Shown here: positions 19,835-27,858 of the stretch, piece by piece | Layout of the letters: each line of letters begins with the position of its first letter | How positions within the stretch are numbered: position 1 is the first letter of the stretch | DNA from: Candidatus Latescibacterota bacterium | GTDB lineage: Bacteria; Latescibacterota; UBA2968 | Assembly: GCA_965205975.1 (NCBI GenBank) | Contig: OZ242195.1 | Coordinates: 1,312,001 to 1,376,000, forward strand | Direction: 5' to 3' | DNA: 64,000 nucleotides | Made by a program: the position numbers and the translations under genes | Notes under the pieces: model-generated | What the model saw: only the letters and a program-made list of their open reading frames with translations | What the model was told of the DNA's origin: nothing | The model's database searches: none

Positions 19835-20338
19835 TCAGGTGTCCTCGGTTTTTGGAGTGATGCGAAAGCCCAGGCGTTTGTAGAGGCGCACGGCGGGTTC
19901 ACGCCAGAGGGCTGTGTTGAGATAGGCGTCGGCATACCCGCGGGCAACGAGTTCTTTGAGGGCGCGGAGTGAGATGGCATAGCCGAGGCCATGCCCACGG
20001 TATTTGGGATCGGTACCAACCCAGTGGATAAGGCCAACTGCTTTTCCTCCGTAATGGGCTTCCCACGCGCTGGCAGTTGCTACCATATAATCGCCTTTGA
20101 GGCCGACAAAGATGCGATTGTAGTCGCAACACGGTTCACGGGTGAATGTGGCGTGAAAATTGTCGATGGTCCAGGGGTTTCCGCCTTCTTCGCCAAAAGC
20201 CTCATTTTTCATGCGAACCCATTCTTCTTCTTCGCCGGGTTGGAGTGTGCGAATTGTGAAGCCTTCAGGTACTGTGTATTCGGGTAGCGGTTCGCTTAGA
20301 GATCGACGCATGCGAATGCCGCTTGTGCGATTATTCAT
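19835..20338 (-). CDS. GNAT family N-acetyltransferase
   Basis: VGTDPKYRGHGLG acetyl-CoA motif; AVRLYKRLGF. Confidence 0.92.
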   Translation of the reverse strand: MNNRTSGIRMRRSLSEPLPEYTVPEGFTIRTLQPGEEEEWVRMKNEAFGEEGGNPWTIDNFHATFTREPCCDYNRIFVGLKGDYMVATASAWEAHYGGKAVGLIHWVGTDPKYRGHGLGYAISLRALKELVARGYADAYLNTALWREPAVRLYKRLGFRITPKTEDT

Positions 20339-20340
20339 AG

Positions 20341-21351
20341 TTAAAAATCCAGGAATACGGTTGCTGGACGATTGTTTTCAATGGATTCTATTATGGCACA
20401 GCATACGGCGACGGACCGCGCACCATCAACTGCGTCAATTAGCGGTTTTTCACCGCGTTCAATACAGGTTAAAAAGTGGTCGAGTTCCTGGGGGCACGTA
20501 TGGTCTTCTGCGCGTATTTCAATTGGGAGTTCAGACCATTCTTCGACGTGGGGCATACCGCCGATGAAGAGTTTGTTGTTGTGAATGGAGCCTCTGGTTC
20601 CGTGAAAGCTGAAGTTGAGGTTGTAGGGAATTTCTGCGCCGCAGGAGACCAGGCATTTACCCAGGGCTCCGGAATTAAATTTTAAGTTCGCAATGACTGT
20701 GTCATACCAGGGAGCATCGGGAATATTTTTGTTTGTGCCATACGCACTGACTTCAACGATTTCTCCGACGAGCCATCGCATGAGGTCTAAAGGATGGCAG
20801 GCTCCGCCGATAATGGGCAGTTGGCCTTCTTTTTCCGTGTCCATCCACCAATCGTGACCGGGCAGAGGCAAGAAGGGTTTGAGGTCGTGGATGTAGTCGC
20901 CTTCTACAAAACAGGCTTCTCCCAGCATGCCGTTGTGAATGAGGTGGTAAATGGTTTCAAATATGTTGCTAAATCGCGCGCCGTGGCCGACCATGACTTG
21001 TCGTCCGGATCTTTTGGCTACATCGACGATTTTTTGACAGTCTTCAACTGTAACGGCGAGGGGTTTTTCCACAAAGACGTGTTTGCCCGCGTCGAGCGCA
21101 GCGATGGCTTGATCTACGTGTTGTGAGTTGGGCGTGCAAATATAAACGATGTTGATTTCGGAGTCGGACAGGACGCTCTCGTATTGTGTCGAGATTTTAT
21201 CTGCGCGATATGTCACTTGCAGGTCTTTTGCGATCTGTTCGCTGCGCGGCGTTGTACATATTGTTCGCAAATGTGCATTGGGATGCGCTGAGATGGCTTT
21301 GATGTGCTCGCCACCGATATAGCCCGTTCCTATCACAGCAATCGCGTTCAT
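20341..21351 (-). CDS. Gfo/Idh/MocA family oxidoreductase
   Basis: IAVIGTGYIG and HVFVEKPLA; AGGAGG RBS before MNAIAV. Confidence 0.92.
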   Translation of the reverse strand: MNAIAVIGTGYIGGEHIKAISAHPNAHLRTICTTPRSEQIAKDLQVTYRADKISTQYESVLSDSEINIVYICTPNSQHVDQAIAALDAGKHVFVEKPLAVTVEDCQKIVDVAKRSGRQVMVGHGARFSNIFETIYHLIHNGMLGEACFVEGDYIHDLKPFLPLPGHDWWMDTEKEGQLPIIGGACHPLDLMRWLVGEIVEVSAYGTNKNIPDAPWYDTVIANLKFNSGALGKCLVSCGAEIPYNLNFSFHGTRGSIHNNKLFIGGMPHVEEWSELPIEIRAEDHTCPQELDHFLTCIERGEKPLIDAVDGARSVAVCCAIIESIENNRPATVFLDF

Positions 21352-21460
21352 CGGAGGACCTCCTGTGATTTGTCCAACAAGACGCAAAAATGTAAGATTG
21401 AAAATGTAAAATTGAAACTTAAAAATCGGGCGGTATGTTAAACTAATGAGAGGTGAGACT

Positions 21461-22837
21461 ATGGTACAAGAAAATCGACCAAATGTGTTGTTCATTTCGT
21501 TTGACGATTTAAATCACTATGTGGGATTTTTGGATCGCGCACCAAATGCTGTGACCCCACATTTTAATCGGTTGGCCGAGCGATGCACAGTATTTGAACG
21601 CGCGTATTGTCAGGCGCCGATTTGCAATCCATCGCGGGCGAGTTTGATGAGTGGGTTGCGCCCATCCACTACGGGTGTTTATAACAATCGGCAGCCGCTC
21701 AGATTTTCAGATGCGGGAAAAAATTGCGTGACACTGCCGCAGCACTTTCGGCAAAATGGGTATTTCACAACGGGTAGTGGTAAGGTATATCACGGCAAAT
21801 TTCCCGATCCAATGTCGTGGGATTCATACCTTCCGAGTTTGTTTAACCAATCGCATTCCGGCGCGGGACCCGATCATCATCCCGTAAATGGCATGGCGGG
21901 TATGGGCAATCTGGACTGGGGACCGATGGATGTTGCCGATGAAGATATGCAGGATTACAAAGCTGTGAGTTATTGTGTTGAGCAATTGGGGACCAGGCAT
22001 GACAAACCCTTTTTTTTGACGTGTGGATTTAAGCTGCCGCATCTGATGTGGCATGTGCCGAGGAAATATGTCGAAGCTTATGACCTGAATGATCTCCATT
22101 TACCCGATACACTGGCAAATGATCTGGACGATGTTCCCGAGATCGCGCAGCGATGGGCGAATCAGAAACCGCATGCGCGTATCGTGGAAGCAGGTCAATG
22201 GAAGGAAGCGATTCGGTGTTATCTGGCGTGTATCAGTTTTGTCGATACGCAAATTGGACGATTGATAGATACACTGGATGCAAGTGCTTATGCAGAGAAT
22301 ACAGCCATTGTTTTGTGGGCAGATCACGGGTGGCATTTGGGCGAAAAGAGCCACTGGAAAAAGAGCACATTATGGGAAGAAGCCACGCGCGTGCCCTTGC
22401 TTATTTCAGCACCGGATTATTCGCCCGGCATCTGTTCAAAACCCGTGGGATTGATCGATATTTATCCCACGCTGATTGCGTTGTGCGGCTTGTCTGATCG
22501 CAGTGGATTGGAAGGCCGAAGTCTGGTGCCATTGATGGAAAATCCCAATCACAACTGGCCCTTTCCCGCAATCACCACACACGGACGTGGCAATCATGCC
22601 ATACGGTCTGAGCACTGGCGATATATCCGTTACGCAGATGGGTCAGAAGAGCTTTACGATCACAGAAATGACGAGATGGAATGGGAAAATCTGGCGCATA
22701 GTCCGGAACTGCGCGAAGTCAAAGAACTTCTATCGCAATGGTTGCCCGATAATAATGCGCCAGATGCTGAGATTGTGGAATGGTCTGAAGATGATGAGAG
22801 CTATCGGGCGAGGGTAGAGGCGATGATGGACGAATAG
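21461..22837 (+). CDS. Sulfatase (iduronate-2-sulfatase-like)
   Basis: RPNVLFISFDDL, CNPSRASLMSG (CxPxR) and ADHGWHLGEK. Confidence 0.93.
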   Translation: MVQENRPNVLFISFDDLNHYVGFLDRAPNAVTPHFNRLAERCTVFERAYCQAPICNPSRASLMSGLRPSTTGVYNNRQPLRFSDAGKNCVTLPQHFRQNGYFTTGSGKVYHGKFPDPMSWDSYLPSLFNQSHSGAGPDHHPVNGMAGMGNLDWGPMDVADEDMQDYKAVSYCVEQLGTRHDKPFFLTCGFKLPHLMWHVPRKYVEAYDLNDLHLPDTLANDLDDVPEIAQRWANQKPHARIVEAGQWKEAIRCYLACISFVDTQIGRLIDTLDASAYAENTAIVLWADHGWHLGEKSHWKKSTLWEEATRVPLLISAPDYSPGICSKPVGLIDIYPTLIALCGLSDRSGLEGRSLVPLMENPNHNWPFPAITTHGRGNHAIRSEHWRYIRYADGSEELYDHRNDEMEWENLAHSPELREVKELLSQWLPDNNAPDAEIVEWSEDDESYRARVEAMMDE

Positions 22838-22840
22838 ATA

Positions 22841-24820
22841 TTACCATCCATGCACAATATGGCCTGCGTCGGGAAACCAGATGGCATCAACGCCTGTAGA
22901 GATGCCAACGCCCAATAAGTAGCCAACCATGAGGCCATACCAGAAAGGCAGGGATTTGCGGTAGAGCGCGACGCCGCCAAAACGCATGATGAGTGCCTTG
23001 GTCGCCCACACAACGAGCAGACTAAAACCATAGCGGCGGGTGGGGAAGGCGATGGCTACGGGATTAAAAGGCCACCACGAAAAACGCGTGCGTATATAAG
23101 TTAAAAAACCGGCTATCGCAAATCCCCAGATCCACACACCCAATTTTTCGATGTCGAAGTAGAGTATTGTCGAGCCTTCTACATAAGGGACCAGTCGCAC
23201 GAGATGGTTCCAGTCGCCCAAATAGAGTGGTCCGTTCATTCCGCCGTCCATGTAGCTGCGATACAGCGAATCGGTAGCAGTTGTGATACAGCCCGTGATG
23301 TAGGCGATGGGGATAATGGCCCAGACCATGGGGTGCCGCTTGAGGTGGTTGCCCAGCATGCGAAAGTAGTGGGGGACAGACATCGTGGCGGTGAGGCGAA
23401 TGGGCATGCCGGCAAAGCCATTGCGGTTGATCATCCAGATTGTCGTGAGTGTGCCGGGCGACATGTTGGCCGTGCCACCCATCTGCATCCACACATTGCC
23501 TCCCTTATCGGCACCCAGTCCGCCGGTACTTCCGGGGGATAAAAAGGTGAATCCGGTTGCTGCGGCGTATTTGGCAACGCCGAATAGCGCGATGAACATC
23601 AAAATGAGTTGCACTATGGTTGCCCACAGTTCCATGCCTGCGGCCAGACACCAGCCCGCGAGGAATATGACCGAAGCCGCGAGGCCGAGCCAGGCAGTTC
23701 GATAGGTGACTGGTGTTCCATCGTCTGCAGCTCTGTTGCTCATCAGCGCACATTCGAGGGTGTTTTTGAGGTGTTTGCGCGATACCCATAATGACCAGGC
23801 GACGAGAAAAACGAGTGCGCCGTGGGATTCGAAGCTGAGTATTTCTGCTGGTGTCGCTTGCTGTCCCTGTAACCCCACCGTAATGCCAGTTTGGTTCATC
23901 AGCCCCTCTTTGATAATATTTAGGACATTGTAAAACCAGAAGCTGAAGAGCAAGTCGAGCGGACACAAATATGCCAGACCCATGATCAGGGGCTGCATGC
24001 GTAAAAAATATCTTGGATAGTGATAGCCGATGTTTATCGCCATTTGTCCAGCGAGATCATAGATAGGAATATGCGGCAGGGTGTGGACAAAATAACCCGC
24101 GATATTCCAGCAGATCACAAAGGTGGAAATGCCAAACCCCACCCAAAATAGGGGGGCGTGAAAGACGACGGGCAGGCGATATCCGGGTTCTTCTCGCAAC
24201 ATTTCGGTGGGGAAGGTGGCCATAGGAAAGGTGAGACGCTCTTTTTCGTGCCACTGTTTGAAGAATAAGACGCTGCAGAAAAAACCGGCCATGACCACGG
24301 ATAAACAGGCGGCAGTCCACCAGAAGAGCGGACGGATCCACGGTTGCCAGGGAATAGCTGTGTTGGGTTCTATTCCCCCGTAGAGTTGTCCGATGACCAC
24401 GGGCGATTTTTGCATAAAGAGCCAGTCTGGCAGGAAGGGGGCAATGACGTCGGTCACGCGGTTTTCCGGCGATGCGAGGTGTACCGGAGCAGAGATGTTG
24501 CCCAGGAGATAGCCCGCCCAGCCCGTGGTGGGCAGGTTGCCCACGAGCCAGACCATGAAGAAGATGGTCAACATTTCCGTGCGCGACAAAGCGCGTTTTG
24601 GCGCGACGAGTTTGAGTATGGCGTTGATGCCGATCCAGGCGACAAAGGGGATCAGAGCCGATACGGGCATGTAGTTTTTGATCATGTTCCACGCAAAATG
24701 CGTGATGTAGATCGTCATGAGGGCAATGGTCAAGATACCGAGCATGACTGCGCGTACCGTGATTCCTCGATCCTGTACATCGGGATGGGTTTCCCTGGAT
24801 ATGTCTGTTTGTATGGCCAT
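22841..24820 (-). CDS. Polytopic membrane protein (DUF6785/DUF6784-like, putative transporter)
   Basis: Many TMs; KQWHEKERLTFP, CPLDLLFSFWF, WWPFNP and MRFGG motifs. Confidence 0.75.
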   Translation of the reverse strand: MAIQTDISRETHPDVQDRGITVRAVMLGILTIALMTIYITHFAWNMIKNYMPVSALIPFVAWIGINAILKLVAPKRALSRTEMLTIFFMVWLVGNLPTTGWAGYLLGNISAPVHLASPENRVTDVIAPFLPDWLFMQKSPVVIGQLYGGIEPNTAIPWQPWIRPLFWWTAACLSVVMAGFFCSVLFFKQWHEKERLTFPMATFPTEMLREEPGYRLPVVFHAPLFWVGFGISTFVICWNIAGYFVHTLPHIPIYDLAGQMAINIGYHYPRYFLRMQPLIMGLAYLCPLDLLFSFWFYNVLNIIKEGLMNQTGITVGLQGQQATPAEILSFESHGALVFLVAWSLWVSRKHLKNTLECALMSNRAADDGTPVTYRTAWLGLAASVIFLAGWCLAAGMELWATIVQLILMFIALFGVAKYAAATGFTFLSPGSTGGLGADKGGNVWMQMGGTANMSPGTLTTIWMINRNGFAGMPIRLTATMSVPHYFRMLGNHLKRHPMVWAIIPIAYITGCITTATDSLYRSYMDGGMNGPLYLGDWNHLVRLVPYVEGSTILYFDIEKLGVWIWGFAIAGFLTYIRTRFSWWPFNPVAIAFPTRRYGFSLLVVWATKALIMRFGGVALYRKSLPFWYGLMVGYLLGVGISTGVDAIWFPDAGHIVHGW

Positions 24821-25006
24821 TTTTGAAAAGGGAAGTTGAGGCCGAGTGAAAGGCGCTTTAATGACAGGGCAAAATAGGGCGAAGGCCAGAAGTTTTCAAC
24901 TTAAAATTTATGGTTTTAATACAATAAAGAGCGTGGGCGGGGTACAACGGGTCGTTGCCAGACCCATTCAGGAAATTACATACTGATTTTGGGAGGACGG
25001 GCGGGG

Positions 25007-25045
25007 TTCGTTGATTCGTCTATTCGTCTATTCGTCTATTCGTTT
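25007..25045 (+). repeat. 8-bp tandem repeat ATTCGTCT, about 5 units
   Basis: TTCGTTG ATTCGTCT x3 ATTCGTTT, immediately before the RBS. Confidence 0.9.
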
Positions 25046-25057
25046 AAGGAGGTTGTT

Positions 25058-25918
25058 ATGGACATTTATGAGAAGTATTTTTTTGATGTGAATGGATATC
25101 TGGTAGTGGAGGACATTTTATCTCCCGATCAGGTCGCAGCCCTCAATGAGGCGATTGACCACAATCGGGATAGGGTTCGAATTCGAGAGGGGGAGGATAG
25201 GTTGTCGGGCGGCGCGGGTGGCGGCGAGGTTTCTATCGCACTGGAAGGCGCGCATGGACGAGGGGATATCGGGAGTATTCTGAGATGGCCAAAGCCGTGG
25301 TGTCAACCCTTCCGCGATTTGCTATCCCATTTGCCAACGATGAACTATATGCTCGATATGATCGGCAATGGGTTTCGCTATGGCAATGCCAATGGCATTA
25401 GCATGACCAAAGGCGCAGAAGGGCATTTGCTTCACGGCGGGGGTGGGTTTTTGGGCGGACATATGTATTTCTGCAAGGATGGGAAGATGTGGAATAATCT
25501 GATTGCCGTGTGTTATCAACTCGCCGATGTCAATCCCGGCGATGGCGGATTTGTGTGTATTCCCGGCAGTCATAAGGCAAATTTTGAATGTCCGACGGAT
25601 GTGCGCCGAATGGAGCGGGACCTGGGGTGTTTTAAGCATATTCCCATGAAGGCGGGTTCTGCGGTCATTTTTACCGAGGCACTGACACATGGCGCAATGC
25701 CGTGGACTGCGGACCACGAGCGACGGACCTTATTGTATCGCTATGCCGCAGGGGGATATGTCAACCCGCCCAGTGGCAATGATCCCGCGAAATACGCGCC
25801 GTTTATGGATGAGTTGACACCGCTTCAGCAGGCTATTATGCAACCCCCGCACAATGCGGGACGTATAGATATGGCCTCGCTAATCGAGGCGGAGGAAAAA
25901 GCGAGTACTAAAAACTGA
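25058..25918 (+). CDS. Phytanoyl-CoA dioxygenase (PhyH) family Fe(II)/2-oxoglutarate enzyme
   Basis: FDVNGYLVV, GGFVCIPGSHK, KAGSAVIFTEALTHG and RRTLLYRY. Confidence 0.9.
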   Translation: MDIYEKYFFDVNGYLVVEDILSPDQVAALNEAIDHNRDRVRIREGEDRLSGGAGGGEVSIALEGAHGRGDIGSILRWPKPWCQPFRDLLSHLPTMNYMLDMIGNGFRYGNANGISMTKGAEGHLLHGGGGFLGGHMYFCKDGKMWNNLIAVCYQLADVNPGDGGFVCIPGSHKANFECPTDVRRMERDLGCFKHIPMKAGSAVIFTEALTHGAMPWTADHERRTLLYRYAAGGYVNPPSGNDPAKYAPFMDELTPLQQAIMQPPHNAGRIDMASLIEAEEKASTKN

Positions 25919-25972
25919 GTTGACAGGCTGTTTTTTTCTATCTATATGTTTGATGTGGATTTGACAATGGTC

Positions 25973-26086
25973 TTCTGCCCTTTCAATAATCAAATCCCCA
26001 ACTGCACTAAGGACAAGGCAAAGGACCCCCTCGGAGTCTGTAGTATTTACAACAGAGAAGGCGCAGTCATCACATGTCCCATTCGA
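25973..26086 (+). pseudogene. Fragment of a NotI-family restriction endonuclease (Cys4 metal-binding region)
   Basis: FCPFNNQIPNCTKDKAKDPLGVCSI...ITCPIR, recognised from memory; similarity ends abruptly. Confidence 0.7.
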
Positions 26087-26088
26087 TG

Positions 26089-26292
26089 GTTCTCGGCGTT
26101 AGTCGCCAGGCATTATCGAGCCTGGTGAACGGTCACGCTCGCATGTCAGTTGAAATGGCTATAAGGCTTGCAAAGGGATTCGGCTCTACGCCGGAGACCT
26201 GGATACGCCTACAGGCATCCTTCGATGTTGCACAGGCGCGAGCAGGCGAGGATGAGATAGAGGTCAAACGCTATGAACCGCAATCAGTATGA
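26089..26292 (+). pseudogene. higA: 5'-truncated HigA-family antitoxin
   Basis: LGVSRQALSSLVNG...MAIRLAKGFGSTPETWIRLQ; lacks the N-terminal HPG helix. Confidence 0.8.
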
Positions 26293-26333
26293 TCATAATC
26301 CATGATACATTTATAGACCAAAGGAGACTATAC

Positions 26334-26618
26334 ATGGCAGACACGATCAAACTATCTGTGGAATTTCCCGAGTCCTTAGTCGCAGACCTTTGGATAGATG
26401 AGGCTACAGCTTCTGCGAAAATGAAAGAAGCCGTGGTGCTAGATCTTTTTCGCCAAAAGCGCATCTCGATTCGCAAAGGTGCCGAACTATTGGATCTCTC
26501 CTATCGCGAGTTTCTGGCTCTCCTCTCCCGTCGCCAGGTCCCGATCACTGACTACGAAGAGAGAGAGATTGATTGCGATTTGGAAGCGTTTAAGAAAATT
26601 GAGCAACGGACTGTATGA
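26334..26618 (+). CDS. UPF0175-family putative antitoxin
   Basis: LFRQKRISIRKGAELLDLSYREFL; AAGGAG RBS; coupled to the PIN gene. Confidence 0.85.
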   Translation: MADTIKLSVEFPESLVADLWIDEATASAKMKEAVVLDLFRQKRISIRKGAELLDLSYREFLALLSRRQVPITDYEEREIDCDLEAFKKIEQRTV

Positions 26619-27112
26619 AGGCCGTCTCTGACAGTACCCCGCTCATCTACCTCGCTGCTATTGGCAAATTTGAGTTGCTACGACATTATTTTTCTTCCAT
26701 ACTCATTCCCAACACGGTCCGCGATGAGGTCGTTCAAGATGGCTACGAGCAGCACGGTGCATTGGAAACACAAAAAGGTGTTGAGGATGGCTGGATTAAG
26801 GTCGTATATCTCACCAATGATCAACACATTGCCGACCTTCTGAATCTGGGGATGACGCAGACCGATGCCCATGTCGTTGCTTTAGCACAGGAACAACAGA
26901 CAGACTTGCTCATCGCAGATGATGCGATGGTACGCAAGCAAGCCCAATCATTGGGACTTCCGCTGTCAGGCACTATTGGCATCTTACTAAACGCCCAACG
27001 AGATGGTCATATACCCGATCTAAAGGCAATGCTGGATCAACTTATTGCTGTTGGCTTCTACCTTCAACCCAATGGTCAATTCTACAAAGACCTACTTCAA
27101 CGCGCTATATGA
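26615..27112 (+). CDS. PIN-domain / DUF3368 putative toxin
   Basis: AVSDSTPLIYL, LLIADD and GTIGILL; ATGA overlap. Confidence 0.88.
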   Translation: MKAVSDSTPLIYLAAIGKFELLRHYFSSILIPNTVRDEVVQDGYEQHGALETQKGVEDGWIKVVYLTNDQHIADLLNLGMTQTDAHVVALAQEQQTDLLIADDAMVRKQAQSLGLPLSGTIGILLNAQRDGHIPDLKAMLDQLIAVGFYLQPNGQFYKDLLQRAI

Positions 27113-27213
27113 ACTTGTAAATTTGCTGTGTAGCGGATGGGTGGAATTGATAGGGTGTTGGAAGCTCGAGCAGAATACAAAACCAGTAATTAAAGAGATT
27201 ACGAGGAGGTTCT

Positions 27214-27858
27214 ATGGATACAAGTTTATCTCGAGAGGTCGTTTTTTCAGATGATGTGGCAATGGGGCGGGCGGGGATGTCCAGGCGCGATTTTATTAAA
27301 GGAATTATTGCTACAGGTGCGTCTATTTCTGCGATGGGATATGTGTTTGGAGGCTGCGCGGGCGATATGGGTAGCGCGCCGGGCGCGGTTGAGCGGCTTA
27401 TTTCTCTCAATGTAAATGGGCGCGTGCGTCGCGTTGATGTTTTGCCGCAGGAAACGCTGGCGATGACGTTGCGGTACAAGCTGGGGCTTACGGGCACAAA
27501 GCTGGGGTGCGACCGGGGGGAATGCGGTGCGTGTACGGTGCTGGTCGATGATGTGGCGATGTATTCGTGTTCGACTTTAACCCACCGCGTTCGAGGCCGT
27601 TCGGTTGTGACTGTTGAGGGCCTCGAAGGCGAAGATGGCGCGTTGCATCCGGTTCAGCGGGCATTTATTGAAGAACTGGGACCCCAGTGTGGTTTTTGCA
27701 CGCCGGGCCAGGTAATGTCTGCGGTGGCACTGCTGAAGATCAATCCGGATCCAACCCGCGAAGAAGCGCGGGTTGCCATGTCTGGAAATCTTTGTCGCTG
27801 TGGTGCTTACGATAATTATCTGAACTCAGTAATGCGCGCGGCAAAGGAGGCTTCTTAA
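27214..27858 (+). CDS. [2Fe-2S] subunit of a xanthine-dehydrogenase-family enzyme with Tat signal (PaoA-like)
   Basis: SRRDFIK twin-arginine motif; GCDRGECGAC, QCGFCTPG and NLCRC. Confidence 0.93.
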   Translation: MDTSLSREVVFSDDVAMGRAGMSRRDFIKGIIATGASISAMGYVFGGCAGDMGSAPGAVERLISLNVNGRVRRVDVLPQETLAMTLRYKLGLTGTKLGCDRGECGACTVLVDDVAMYSCSTLTHRVRGRSVVTVEGLEGEDGALHPVQRAFIEELGPQCGFCTPGQVMSAVALLKINPDPTREEARVAMSGNLCRCGAYDNYLNSVMRAAKEAS

